Source: Dehalococcoidia bacterium (GTDB taxonomy: Bacteria; Chloroflexota; Dehalococcoidia; Bin125). Taken from it: a stretch of 64,000 bases of DNA. This document shows, one piece after another, positions 50,997 through 60,910 of this stretch. The stretch is from assembly GCA_963555985.3 (NCBI GenBank), contig OY820591.1:32001-96000 (forward strand), read 5' to 3'. The first letter of the stretch is position 1. Each line of letters starts with the position of its first letter. Below the pieces are notes generated by a model, which ran no database searches, was not told where the DNA came from, and saw only the letters and a program-made list of their open reading frames with translations. The position numbers were made by a program, and so were the translations under genes.

Positions 50997-52559
50997 ATGA
51001 CCTGGGAACCTGAAATCGCCGAGATCGCCAAGCGCAAAGAGTTGGCCAAGGGGCGGGGCGGGCCGGAGGGAGTGGCGCGGCAGCGGCGGCGCGGCAAACT
51101 GCTGGTCAACGAGCGAATCGACGGACTGGTCGATCCCGGCTCCTTCACCGAATTCATGTCACTGGTGGGACAGCCACACTTCGACGACTCCGGCGAACTG
51201 GTCGGGTTTACGCCCAAGGGCGCGATTGAAGGCTTTGGCAAGGTCAACGGGCGCAAGCTGGTGGTCTCGGCGGGCGATTTCACTGTGCGCGGCGGATCGG
51301 GCGGCGGCGACGGATCGGGCAGTCTGGGCTCGGAGAAGCGCTCGAACGAGCGGGCCCTGGAGTGGCGGGTGCCCTATGTGCGGATGCTCGATGCGGCCGG
51401 CGGATCGGTCTCGGGCTTCGAGGCGCTGGGGCGAACCTATCTGCCCGACGGCAATACCTGGTCGACGATCGACATGGATTTGCTGCGCGTGGTGCCGGTG
51501 GTCTCGGCGGTGATGGGTTCGGTGGCGGGGTTGCCGGCGGTGAATGCCTGCATGGCCCATTTCACCCTGATGGTGAAGGGCATTTCGCAACTCTTCCCGG
51601 GCGGTCCGCCGGTAGTGAAAGCGGGACTTGGCTACGACATCACCAAGGAAGACCTCGGCGACGAGCGCGTGCATGTGTACCAGTCGGGATCGGTCGACAA
51701 TCTGGCCGAGGACGAGGCGGACGCCTTCCGTCAGATTCGGCAGTTCCTCAGCTATCTGCCGCAAAGCGTCTACGAAATGCCGCCGCGAGCGGAGCCAACC
51801 GACGATCCCAACCGGCGCGAGCAGCGGTTGCGACGACTGGTGCCGCGCGACCGCCGCCGCGCCTACGACGGACACCGCGCGATCAACTGGTGCGTCGATC
51901 AAGGCTCGTTCTTCGAGATCGCGCCCTTCTATGGACGCTCGCGGATTACCGGACTGGCGCGGATCAACGGCTACCCCGTCGGGGTGATGGCGAACAACCC
52001 GATGCACGAGGGCGGCTCCACCGACGTTAAGGGCGGGAGCAAGGTGATCCGCTTGATCCAACTCTGCGACATGTTTCACTTGCCGATCATCTCGTTCGCC
52101 GACGAGCCGGGCTTCATGGTCGGCCTGGAGTCGGAGAAGCAGGGGATCGAGCGCGCCGGCGCGCGCCTGGTGATCGCCACCTGCCAGTCGCGGATGCCTT
52201 GGGCGACGGTCGTGATGGGCCGCGTCTTCGGCGTGGCGGGCCAGTGTCAGCAGCGTCCGACCGGCATGTTCCAGCGCTGGGCCTGGCCTTCCGGCCGCTG
52301 GGGTTCGATGCACATCGAGGGCGGCACCCGAGCCGCCTATGCGAGAGAAATCCGTGAGGCCGACGATCCGGTGGCGAAAGAGGCGGAGATCGAGGAACGC
52401 CTGCGGCAGGTGGCGAGTCCGTTCCGCACCGCAGAAGCGACTGGCCAGGACATTATCGATCCGGCCGACACCCGCCCCCTCCTCTGCGAGTTCGTGGAGG
52501 ACGCGCAGGCGATCTTGCGGACGCAGTTGGGTCCGTGTCCGAATCCGTACATGCCCTAA
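50997..52559 (+). CDS. Acyl-CoA carboxylase carboxyltransferase subunit
   Basis: RGKL..ERI..LVDPGSF, DFTVRGGS, GPPVVK, ARINGYPVGVMAN and IIDPADTR. Confidence 0.92.
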   Translation: MTWEPEIAEIAKRKELAKGRGGPEGVARQRRRGKLLVNERIDGLVDPGSFTEFMSLVGQPHFDDSGELVGFTPKGAIEGFGKVNGRKLVVSAGDFTVRGGSGGGDGSGSLGSEKRSNERALEWRVPYVRMLDAAGGSVSGFEALGRTYLPDGNTWSTIDMDLLRVVPVVSAVMGSVAGLPAVNACMAHFTLMVKGISQLFPGGPPVVKAGLGYDITKEDLGDERVHVYQSGSVDNLAEDEADAFRQIRQFLSYLPQSVYEMPPRAEPTDDPNRREQRLRRLVPRDRRRAYDGHRAINWCVDQGSFFEIAPFYGRSRITGLARINGYPVGVMANNPMHEGGSTDVKGGSKVIRLIQLCDMFHLPIISFADEPGFMVGLESEKQGIERAGARLVIATCQSRMPWATVVMGRVFGVAGQCQQRPTGMFQRWAWPSGRWGSMHIEGGTRAAYAREIREADDPVAKEAEIEERLRQVASPFRTAEATGQDIIDPADTRPLLCEFVEDAQAILRTQLGPCPNPYMP

Positions 52560-52700
52560 CAGGGTGCTGAAAAATGCTCCTGTCCTTCGGATCCGTCATT
52601 CCAGCGAAAGCTGGAATCTCGCCCGGCCAGACACGGCAGCGAGGGAAGCGAGATTCCAGGTCAAGCCTGGAATGACGGATAGTGGTACCGTGCGCAACTC
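52560..52700. repeat. Inverted REP doublet (52591-52680) with IS-like end CAGGGTGCTGAAAAA, upstream of the GIY-YIG gene
   Basis: ATCCGTCATTCCAG...CTGGAATGACGGAT is a perfect 14-bp outer inverted repeat; each arm is itself a hairpin. Confidence 0.85.
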
Positions 52701-52723
52701 CAATCATTGAGAAATGAGCGATC

Positions 52724-53014
52724 ATGACGAGACAACCGTGTGTCTACATCCTCGCCAGCCGTGCTGGGGGAGCGACCTATGTTGGCGTCACGTCGGACCT
52801 TGCGCGTCGCGTGCAAGAACACCGAGAGGGCCGCGGATCAGCATTCACCGCGAGATACCAGATTCGCAAGTTGGTCTGGTACGAGTGGCACGATCGGATG
52901 GACGAAGCCATTGCGGGAGAGAAGCAGATCAAATCTTGGGATCGTGCGTGGAAGTCTGACCTCATCGCAGGGCACAACCCGCGCTGGAACGATCTGTACG
53001 ACGAGCTCTCGTAA
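52724..53014 (+). CDS. Standalone GIY-YIG nuclease (YhbQ/COG2827-like)
   Basis: VYIL..YVGVT.DL.RRV.EH, FTARY, AI..EKQIK.W.R.WK and NP.W.DL. Confidence 0.93.
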   Translation: MTRQPCVYILASRAGGATYVGVTSDLARRVQEHREGRGSAFTARYQIRKLVWYEWHDRMDEAIAGEKQIKSWDRAWKSDLIAGHNPRWNDLYDELS

Positions 53015-53023
53015 GGTCGCCGA

Positions 53024-53188
53024 CCGTCATTCCAGCGCGGGGAGACCATTGCTGAACGGCCTCTTCTTCCGTCATTCCAGGCTTGACCTGGAATCTCGTT
53101 CGGAATTCCGGTCTATCTGGTCGGAACGAGATTCCAGCGTTCGCTGGAATGACGAGCTGGACCGTTATGCGATCCTTGCAACGGCCTC
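53024..53188. repeat. Truncated REP head plus MITE carrying inverted REP doublet (53069-53154), downstream of GIY-YIG
   Basis: GAGACCATTGC...TTGCAACGGCCTC ends; doublet is the mirror image of the upstream one. Confidence 0.85.
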
Positions 53189-53228
53189 GCAACACTCGAG
53201 CGGATGAACAAGTGAGCCCCACGCCCAG

Positions 53229-54284
53229 ATGAGCCCGCACGCTGACCGCAGCCGCGTGATCTCAGACAGCCCCCGTCCCTTCCGGGGTCTGGGCCGTTGG
53301 GCGCATACGCGACTCGTCCTGCTGGCATTCGTTGCCGGACTGCTCGCAGCGCTGCTGACGAGCGGATGCAGCGACGACGTTGCCGAGGCCCCGGCCGCCG
53401 AGCCGGCGCCCGTCGCCGAGCCGGAACGAGCCGTCGCGGTCGAGCAGAGCGAGTCCGTGCCCGAGCCAGAACCCCAGCCCGATCCGCCGCCCACCCCCGG
53501 CGAATCCGAAGCCGTGAGCGCGGCGCTGCGCGAGTGGGGCGCGTCGATCTCGACGATCCGCTACGACGGTCAATTCTCGATTCGCAGCGGCGTCAGCACG
53601 ACCGCCGGACGCAGCCGCGTCGCCCGCGACCTGGCGGCCGACCGGTTTTGGGTGCAGGTCGAATGGCCCGCCCTCGCCGGCGCGCTGGGCCGAGAGCTGA
53701 TCGCCGACTTCCTCGATGTCGACGGTGAGCCGTACATGGTGGCGCGCTTCGGTGACGGCTCCAGTCCGCAGTGGATCCCGCTCAACCCAGACGAGCTCGA
53801 CCCGGCGGCGCTGACGTTTCTGACCTTCGTCGCCCGGGCCGCCGGCCAGAATGATGCGCTCAACGCCGCCTGGCTGGAGCAGCGTCTGAGCTGCGCTGCC
53901 GAGGGCCTTGGTCAACTGAGCCCCGTAGAGGAGGAGTCTGGTCCCGTCTGGCGGCTCGGCTGTCGTGCGACGATCGAGGACGTCAGCGCTCTGGACGGCC
54001 CGGCCGAGCGATTCGCGCTGCTGCTGATCGAGGAGTTCGTCGGCGACTGGGAGACCTTGCGAACCTTGCAGGACGACGAATCGGGCTTGCCCGATGGCGA
54101 CCCGAACAGCGTCGAGGACCTGACCATCACAGCCGCCCTCTCGGCGGCGATCAGCCGCGAGACCGGCGCGCCACTCTCGGTCGTCGTCACGATTCGCGCG
54201 ACCGAAGGCGAGAGCCGCATCGATCTCTCGGCCGTCTTCACCCTGGTCGGAACCAACCGCCCGATCAGCTTCCCGGAACCGTAG
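53229..54284 (+). CDS. Putative lipoprotein
   Basis: Hydrophobic signal with LTSGC lipobox; P/E-rich linker. Confidence 0.65.
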   Translation: MSPHADRSRVISDSPRPFRGLGRWAHTRLVLLAFVAGLLAALLTSGCSDDVAEAPAAEPAPVAEPERAVAVEQSESVPEPEPQPDPPPTPGESEAVSAALREWGASISTIRYDGQFSIRSGVSTTAGRSRVARDLAADRFWVQVEWPALAGALGRELIADFLDVDGEPYMVARFGDGSSPQWIPLNPDELDPAALTFLTFVARAAGQNDALNAAWLEQRLSCAAEGLGQLSPVEEESGPVWRLGCRATIEDVSALDGPAERFALLLIEEFVGDWETLRTLQDDESGLPDGDPNSVEDLTITAALSAAISRETGAPLSVVVTIRATEGESRIDLSAVFTLVGTNRPISFPEP

Positions 54285-54343
54285 CGCTGGCAGAAGCACT
54301 AGTCTGCGCGCAGACTGGTAGTGCCCACGGAGGAGATTCGACG

Positions 54344-55321
54344 ATGGCAGACGTCACCATTCACATCGGAACCATTGGACAGGGAGTCTGGCGCTCGCCC
54401 GACGGCGGAACCGTCTGGCAGAAGGGGCGCGGCGTCGGCGAACAGTCGGTGCGCTCGCTGACGAGCTTCCCCGACGATCCGCAGCGGCTGCTGGCCGGCG
54501 CAGACGACGCGCTGCTGGAATCGACCAACAACGGCTCCAGTTGGCAGGTCGTGGACTCGTACATGGCCGACCGGCAGACCTGGTCGCTGGCAGTTGACCC
54601 GACCGACACCAGCACGATCTTCGCTGGCGGCCGCCCCGGAGTGCGCCGCTCGCGGGACGGCGGCCAGAGCTGGGACGATCTGGAGACGCAGATCTCCGAG
54701 GAATGCCCGATTGGGATTCCGCGCACGACCGTGGTCGTGATCGATCCGCTCAACTCGCAGCGGGTCTACGCGGGCGTTGAGGTGGACGGCGTGCACAAGT
54801 CGCTAGACGGGGGCGACACCTGGGTGCGCGGCAATCCGCTCGGGCCGGAGACGTTCCAGGGCGACATCCACTGCATGGCGCGGGCGATCCGCCCGGAGGG
54901 AGCGACGACCTACGCCACCTCCCCGTTCGGAGTAGCCCACTCGCAGGACGAAGGCGAGTCTTGGATCCAGCACGAGTTCGCGCCGCTGACCGAGCGCACC
55001 CAGCGCAGCTACTGCCGCGCGATGGTGGTCAGCCCAGACGATCCGCAGACGATGCTGGTCGCCAGCGGAGACGGCATTCCGGGCAGCCGAGGCGCGATCC
55101 AGCGCACGACCGACGGCGGCCAGACCTGGCAAGCGGTCGATCTGCCGACGCCGCCGAACTCGGTGATCTACTGGCTCGCGACGCATCCGCAAGCGCCGGG
55201 CGTGGTCGCCGCAGTCAGTCTCTACGGCTACGTCTACCTGAGCGAAGACAGCGGCGAGTCCTGGCGCAAGCTGGATCGCGAGTTCGGCGAGATTCGAGCG
55301 GTGGCTGTCACGCCGGTCTAG
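54344..55321 (+). CDS. BNR/Asp-box repeat beta-propeller protein
   Basis: Several S.DGG.TW Asp-box repeats. Confidence 0.85.
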   Translation: MADVTIHIGTIGQGVWRSPDGGTVWQKGRGVGEQSVRSLTSFPDDPQRLLAGADDALLESTNNGSSWQVVDSYMADRQTWSLAVDPTDTSTIFAGGRPGVRRSRDGGQSWDDLETQISEECPIGIPRTTVVVIDPLNSQRVYAGVEVDGVHKSLDGGDTWVRGNPLGPETFQGDIHCMARAIRPEGATTYATSPFGVAHSQDEGESWIQHEFAPLTERTQRSYCRAMVVSPDDPQTMLVASGDGIPGSRGAIQRTTDGGQTWQAVDLPTPPNSVIYWLATHPQAPGVVAAVSLYGYVYLSEDSGESWRKLDREFGEIRAVAVTPV

Positions 55322-55325
55322 GCGG

Positions 55326-55790
55326 TTATTCCGGCCGCTTCGGGATCATCACCGCCCGATGAAACGACAGCACCTGCGTCCCGTCCTGATTCGTGGCTGT
55401 GGTGTGGACGGTGACGATCCCGCGATCGGGCTGACTCTTCGACTCCCGCACCTCGAGCACTTCCGTCTGCGCGGTCAGCGTGTCTCCGTGAAACACCGGC
55501 GCCGTATGGCGCAGATCGGTCGTGGCTAGATTGGCGATGGCCTTGCCGCTGATCGTGGGCACGGTGATCCCAAACACGAGCGAGTACACGAACGGCCCCG
55601 AGACCACCCGCTGACCAAACTGCGTCCCCTCCGCGAACTCCTTGTTCGTGTGCAGCGGGTGATGATTCATGGTCAACATGCAGAACATGAGATCATCGGC
55701 TTCGGTCACGGTGCGGGTGGGCCAGTGCTCGATCACTTCGCCCACCGTGAACTCGTCCAGGTAGCGGCCAAACATCTCTTTCGTCGGCAT
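55326..55790 (-). CDS. MaoC family dehydratase
   Basis: RTVTEAD, NHHPLH and PVFHGDTL. Confidence 0.9.
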   Translation of the reverse strand: MPTKEMFGRYLDEFTVGEVIEHWPTRTVTEADDLMFCMLTMNHHPLHTNKEFAEGTQFGQRVVSGPFVYSLVFGITVPTISGKAIANLATTDLRHTAPVFHGDTLTAQTEVLEVRESKSQPDRGIVTVHTTATNQDGTQVLSFHRAVMIPKRPE

Positions 55791-55832
55791 CGTCGTTCCC
55801 TTTCGCGGGGTGTTGGGTCAGCGTCCCCTGAA

Positions 55833-55977
55833 GAGACCTGCGCTTACATCAAAGCTCCGTCATACCCGCGCTTGCCGCGGGTATCTCGCCGCTCTGGCAC
55901 CGTCGTAGCCAGCACATCGAGATTGCCGCGACGGAGCGCGGCAATGACGGAGATAGGTGACTTCTGCAATGCCTTCC
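55833..55977. mobile_element. MITE-like element with intact type-B REP doublet (55857-55951)
   Basis: GAGACCTGCGC left end; CCGTCATACCCGCG..CGCGGGTATCTCG...CGAGATTGCCGCG..CGCGGCAATGACGG. Confidence 0.75.
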
Positions 55978-56013
55978 GCACCTTCCAGCCAGGGCGGGCG
56001 CAACGATCTGTCG

Positions 56014-57201
56014 TCAGTCCACCTGGTACAGCTCCAACAGCCGCCGCGCGATCACGATCCGCTGAATCTCGTTCGTACCTTCCGCGACCGCCATCAGCGG
56101 CGCGTCGCGGTAGTAGCGCTCAACCGGCAGCTCTTTCGTGTAGCCGACGCCGCCGTGGACCCGCATCGACTCCAGCGTGCACTCCAGCGCAACCTCGGTT
56201 GCGAAGAGCTTGGCCATGCCCACATCGAGGTCGGAGCGCTGGCCGCTGTCCTTCTTCCGCGCTGCGTCGCGGGTGAGCAGACGCGCGGCCCGGATCTTGG
56301 TCGCCATCTCCGCCAGCTTGAGCTGGATCGCCTGGTGCTGCGCAATCGGACGCCCCATCGTCTCGCGCCGCTGCGCATAGACGATCGCCTGGTCAAACGC
56401 CGCCTGAGCCACGCCCGTCGCCCGCGACGCGACATTGATCCGCCCGATCTCCAGCCCCGAAATCATCTGCTGAAAGCCGCGACCCTCGCGTCCGCCAAGC
56501 AGGTTGCCGGCAGGAACCCGAGCATCCTCAAGAAACAACTCAGCCGTCTCCGGACCCTTGTAGCCCAGCTTGTCAATCGTCCGCGCCATCGTGAAGCCCG
56601 GCGTGTCTTTCTCCACCAGGAAGGCCGAAATCCCCCGGTGCCGAGGCTGCGCCGAAGGATCAGTCTTGGTCATCGCCAGATAGACATCGCCGCGATCGCC
56701 GTTGGTGACGAAGAGCTTGTTGCCGTTGAGCAGGTAATCGTCCCCGTCGCGCGTGGCGGTGGTCCGGATCGCCTGCGCATCCGAGCCGGCGTTCGGCTCG
56801 GTGATCGTGAAGCAGCCCTGCTTTTCGCCCGTCGCCAGACCGGGCAGGAAGCGATCTTTCTGCTCGTCGGTGCCGTGCTCGTCGATGATCCAGCCGTCGA
56901 TCACGTTGGTGTTAATGATCCCGGCCAGCCCCATCCAACCGCGCGAGATCTCCTCGATCACCGCCGAGTACGTCTCAAACGACAGCCCCAGCCCGCCGTG
57001 CGACTCGGGGAAGGTGATCCCGAAGATCCCCATCTCGCACATATCCGCGTGGATCTTGGCCGGGAACTCCCCGGCGTGTTCGAGCTCGTCGGCATAGGGG
57101 ATCACCTGTTCATCAACCCAGCGCCGCACATTGCGCGTGATTTCCACGCCGGTCTCGCCGTCGCCGGCGATAATCTCCCGCACGTCGGACACACCAGCCA
57201 T
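56014..57201 (-). CDS. Acyl-CoA dehydrogenase
   Basis: ITEPNAGSDA, LNGNKLFVTNG, HGGVGY, ERYYRDA and EGTNEIQR. Confidence 0.94.
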   Translation of the reverse strand: MAGVSDVREIIAGDGETGVEITRNVRRWVDEQVIPYADELEHAGEFPAKIHADMCEMGIFGITFPESHGGLGLSFETYSAVIEEISRGWMGLAGIINTNVIDGWIIDEHGTDEQKDRFLPGLATGEKQGCFTITEPNAGSDAQAIRTTATRDGDDYLLNGNKLFVTNGDRGDVYLAMTKTDPSAQPRHRGISAFLVEKDTPGFTMARTIDKLGYKGPETAELFLEDARVPAGNLLGGREGRGFQQMISGLEIGRINVASRATGVAQAAFDQAIVYAQRRETMGRPIAQHQAIQLKLAEMATKIRAARLLTRDAARKKDSGQRSDLDVGMAKLFATEVALECTLESMRVHGGVGYTKELPVERYYRDAPLMAVAEGTNEIQRIVIARRLLELYQVD

Positions 57202-57295
57202 CGTCGAGCTCCAATCCCCTGCAACAGCGTCGCTCGGTCAGTGTACGCGCCGATCCGTCGTCGCCAGGCCGCGACCGCCGTACCCTGAGACCGCG

Positions 57296-58477
57296 ATGAC
57301 CTCGAACCTCACTGCCCAACTACGCGAATGGCGCGAACGCACCGAGTCGATCGACACGACGCTGCGAACCGCCGCCGATCGCAACGAAGAGTTGCGCCAT
57401 CTCTCTCCGGCGACGATGGACGCCTTGCGCAGCATCGACGCCTTCGGCATCTGCACTCCGGTCGACCTAGGCGGTTCGGATCTGCACCCGGTCGCGCAAC
57501 TGGAGACCGTCGCAGCCGTCTCCGCCGCCGATCCCGCAGCTGGCTGGAACCTGATGAACGGCTGCCAGGAATCCGCCTGGCTCGCAACCCGCCTGCCTGA
57601 GGAGACTGCCCAGCGAATCTTCGATCCCGGCGCGAGCGCATGGCGATTTCCCGTCACCGCCGGCGGACTGGCGCCCGAGGGCGAGGCCCGGCAGGTGGAC
57701 GGCGGCTGGCTGGTCAACGGGCGCTATGCCTGGGCCTCGGGCATTCACACGGCGGATTACGTGCTGGCGCAGAGCTTCCTCGCCGATCTTGAGCGCGAAC
57801 CAGGACGGCCGCGCCCCACCGTGACCGTCGCTGCCCGCCGTGAGGAAGTGGTGATCGAAGACACCTGGCACACGCTCGGGATGCGCGGTACCGGTTCAGC
57901 CCACTACCGCTTCGATCAGCTCTACGTGCCCGATGCGATGAAACTCCAGAACCTCGAACTGCCGCCCTTGCGCGGCAGTGACTTCGTCACGCGCCCCAAT
58001 CCGATCTTCCTCGTCCCCGCCATGTACGCGACCAGCCTCGGCATCGCCCGCCGCGCGCTCGAGGAGTTTGCGACCCACGCGCCGACTCAGTACCGGCGCG
58101 CCTACCGAGCGCCGATCGCCGAGCGTGAACGAGTGCAGCATGACATCGGCGAGGCGCAAGCGATGCTCGACGCCATCGAGGGCTACGGTCGCCGTCTCTG
58201 CGAACTGCTCCACGACACGCCGATCGCAACGCCCCAGGAAGCCGTCGAGTTGGGCGATCGCGCCCGCTCCGCCTATCGCTGGTGCAACCAGACCACCGAA
58301 CAGATCGTGAGAATCGTTCACCAACACATGGGTGGCGCTGACGTCTTCGAAAGCAGCATGATCCAGCGCTTACAGAGAGACATCCAGACCTCCGCCCAAC
58401 ACGTCATGCCCGGCGACAGCGCCTACGTCCGTCTCGGCAGACACCGCCTCGGCCTTGAAGTCCGCCCGGGGATCTAA
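57296..58477 (+). CDS. HsaA-like flavin-dependent monooxygenase
   Basis: GGWLVNGRYAWASG and WHTLGMRGTGS; tandem paralog of 58643..59818. Confidence 0.85.
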   Translation: MTSNLTAQLREWRERTESIDTTLRTAADRNEELRHLSPATMDALRSIDAFGICTPVDLGGSDLHPVAQLETVAAVSAADPAAGWNLMNGCQESAWLATRLPEETAQRIFDPGASAWRFPVTAGGLAPEGEARQVDGGWLVNGRYAWASGIHTADYVLAQSFLADLEREPGRPRPTVTVAARREEVVIEDTWHTLGMRGTGSAHYRFDQLYVPDAMKLQNLELPPLRGSDFVTRPNPIFLVPAMYATSLGIARRALEEFATHAPTQYRRAYRAPIAERERVQHDIGEAQAMLDAIEGYGRRLCELLHDTPIATPQEAVELGDRARSAYRWCNQTTEQIVRIVHQHMGGADVFESSMIQRLQRDIQTSAQHVMPGDSAYVRLGRHRLGLEVRPGI

Positions 58478-58562
58478 CGGGCTGCTGAAAAGCAATGTCG
58501 TCGCGCTCTCACTCTCCCCCCGCACCGCGGGGGGAGATGTCGCGTAGCGACAGAGGGGGGGG
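58478..58562. repeat. IS-like end (CGGGCTGCTGAAAA) plus CTCCCCCCGCACCGCGGGGGGAGATGTCGCGTAGCGACAGAGGGG double hairpin
   Basis: Near-identical to 25920-25968; partial copy at 1-19. Confidence 0.75.
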
Positions 58563-58642
58563 CGCCCCTACCTGAGCAGGTTCGCCCACGCCATTGAGTC
58601 GAGTCCGCATACCCTAAGCGAAGCCAGCGGATTGAGGGAACC

Positions 58643-59818
58643 ATGACCAACACCCTGACCGACCAACGAACCGAATGGCGAGACCGCATCGCCGCCATCG
58701 GCGACACCCTGCGCGCCGAATCCGCGACCAACGAGGAACTGCGCCAACTCTCACCGGCGACCGAGGCTGCGCTGCGCAGCGCGGACACGTTTAACCTCTG
58801 TTCGCCGACCGAACTGGGCGGACTGGAAGCGCATCCTGTGCTGCAAACCCAGGTGATCGCGGACATCACCGCCCACGACACCGCCGCCGGCTGGTGCTCG
58901 CTGATCGGTGCCCACGAGTCCGCTTGGCTCGCTTCGCGCCTGCCCGACAGCGCTGCCGAGCGCGTCTTCGCCGACGCCCGTCGGCGCTGGCCGGTCACCG
59001 CCGGATCGATCGCACCCGACGGCGTGGCCGAACCGGTCGAAGGCGGCTGGTTGGTCAACGGACGCTGGGGCTGGGCTTCGGGCATCCACCACAGCGACTA
59101 CGTGCTCGCCCAGTGCCGTATCCCCTCGCGTGAGCCGGAAGCGGGCAAACCGCCGCCGCTGGTCACCGTCGCCGCGCCCAAATCCGACGTGATCGTCGAG
59201 GACACCTGGTACACGATGGGGATGCGCGGCACCGGCAGCACGCATTACCGCTTCGACGACGTGTTCGTGCCCGACGAGATGTGTCTGACCGGCTTCGAAC
59301 GTCCTGTCCTGCGCGGCGACGGCTGGCTCCGGCGTCCGACCGTCACCTTCCTCACCGCCGCCGGCTACGGCTTCCCGCTCGGCGTCGCCAAGCGCGCCCT
59401 GGAGGAGATCACGACGCTCGCCACCACCCGCACCCGCACCGGCCAACGCGCGACGATCGCCGAACAGCAGCACTTCCAGGCCGATCTCGGAGAGTTGGCG
59501 GCGCTCGTCGACGTGATGGAAGGGTTCGGCCATCACTTCTTCGAGGAGACCCTGACCGTCCCGGTGCGCTCGCTGGAAGACGCCGTGCGGATCGACGACC
59601 GCGCCCGCTCCGTGCTGCGTTGGGCTCATCAGACCGCCGAGCACGTCGTCCGCACGGCGCACGAGCACGCCGGCGGCGCAGCCGTCTACAGCGACAACAT
59701 GCTCGCCCGCCTGCTGCGAGACATCCAAACCGTCAGCCAGCACGTGATCCAGACCCAATCCGCCTACATCCGCCGCGGCCAGCACCAGCTCGGCCTCCCG
59801 GTCCGGCCGGGTCTGTAG
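58643..59818 (+). CDS. HsaA-like flavin-dependent monooxygenase
   Basis: GGWLVNGRWGWASG, WYTMGMRGTGS and AGGAAVY..RLLRD. Confidence 0.87.
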   Translation: MTNTLTDQRTEWRDRIAAIGDTLRAESATNEELRQLSPATEAALRSADTFNLCSPTELGGLEAHPVLQTQVIADITAHDTAAGWCSLIGAHESAWLASRLPDSAAERVFADARRRWPVTAGSIAPDGVAEPVEGGWLVNGRWGWASGIHHSDYVLAQCRIPSREPEAGKPPPLVTVAAPKSDVIVEDTWYTMGMRGTGSTHYRFDDVFVPDEMCLTGFERPVLRGDGWLRRPTVTFLTAAGYGFPLGVAKRALEEITTLATTRTRTGQRATIAEQQHFQADLGELAALVDVMEGFGHHFFEETLTVPVRSLEDAVRIDDRARSVLRWAHQTAEHVVRTAHEHAGGAAVYSDNMLARLLRDIQTVSQHVIQTQSAYIRRGQHQLGLPVRPGL

Positions 59819-59926
59819 GGGTAGGCTGCGAGTCCCGCAGGCAGTGGGAAGGACGATTCGATGCTGCGAATCGCACCGAAGCCGGAGGCCGTCGCGCAGT
59901 TGACGCGAATCCTGGAGGAGACGCCG

Positions 59927-60295
59927 GTGGGATCGACCTACGTGCCCGCCACCGTGATCAACCCCGCTGAACCGGGACGAACGTGGCAAGCCGATTTTCT
60001 GGTTGACACTGGTTCGATGAGCTGCGTCGTGCCTGAATCGGCGTTGCTCTCGATTGGAATCATCCCGCGCGCAGCCACCGAGATCTTCCTCTTTGATGGT
60101 TCAAGCCAGAGGCGCCTGGTTGGGAGTGCCGAGTTCGAGCTACTGGGCGACTCTGCGCCGAGCCGGGTCATCTTCGGCGAGGATGGCGAAGAGCCGATCA
60201 TCGGCTTGACGCTGCTGGAGTCGCTGGGCCTGATCGTCGATCCCTTCGCCGAGCAACTGCATCGACGCTCGGTCATCCGCAACGGCGCCGAGTGA
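59927..60295 (+). CDS. Clan AA aspartic protease (AF_0612-like)
   Basis: FLVDTGS and IIGLTLLESLGLIVDP; GGAGGAG RBS before GTG 59927. Confidence 0.82.
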   Translation: MGSTYVPATVINPAEPGRTWQADFLVDTGSMSCVVPESALLSIGIIPRAATEIFLFDGSSQRRLVGSAEFELLGDSAPSRVIFGEDGEEPIIGLTLLESLGLIVDPFAEQLHRRSVIRNGAE

Positions 60296-60319
60296 CGGTC
60301 TCGCCAGACACCGGCGCGC

Positions 60320-60640
60320 CATTCTGGACGGCCATGACGATCCCCACCAGGGAGATCGGGATCGAGGACAGTTGGCACGTCACCGGCCTCCAGGGCACCG
60401 GCAGTCCGCACTACCGAGCGCATGATCTGGTCCTCTCCGCCGCTTACGAGATGCCCTTCGGGCGAACGGCTCCAAGGCGCGGCGGCGCCTGGGATCAGCG
60501 GCAGCGCGGCGAACCCTCACAGATCTCGCAGGCGGACGAATCGCGCATCCGGGCGATGGGCTCCTGGGTCGATCTCACAGGCGGACGAATCGCGCATCCG
60601 GGCGATGGGCTCCTGGGTCGGAGATGTCTGCCTGGGCACC
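60320..60640 (+). pseudogene. Remnant of an HsaA-like monooxygenase with deletions and a 49-bp tandem duplication
   Basis: IEDSWHVTGLQGTGS and ADESRIRAMGSWV fragments; duplication 60522-60570 / 60571-60619. Confidence 0.75.
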
Positions 60641-60910
60641 GTCCGCTTCCCCGCCTCCGGCCTTTCCAGGCGTGAACAGGAACCTACCAGAGCACTCGCA
60701 AAACTGAACTTAGGCTGAGAAAACCAACGCTAAACTGACCGCCGCTAACCAACGCTAACCGTCCTGAACACACGATCTCCCGTAAAACACTGGACTTCCT
60801 CATTTTTCGAGCCGGTACAAAGAATTCTCCGCAGAGCGATCGCTCGAACGCACCCAAATGTTCCTGCCCCCGCCCCGCGCAAGTAGTATGAACAGGCCCC
60901 GGAGGTCTAC

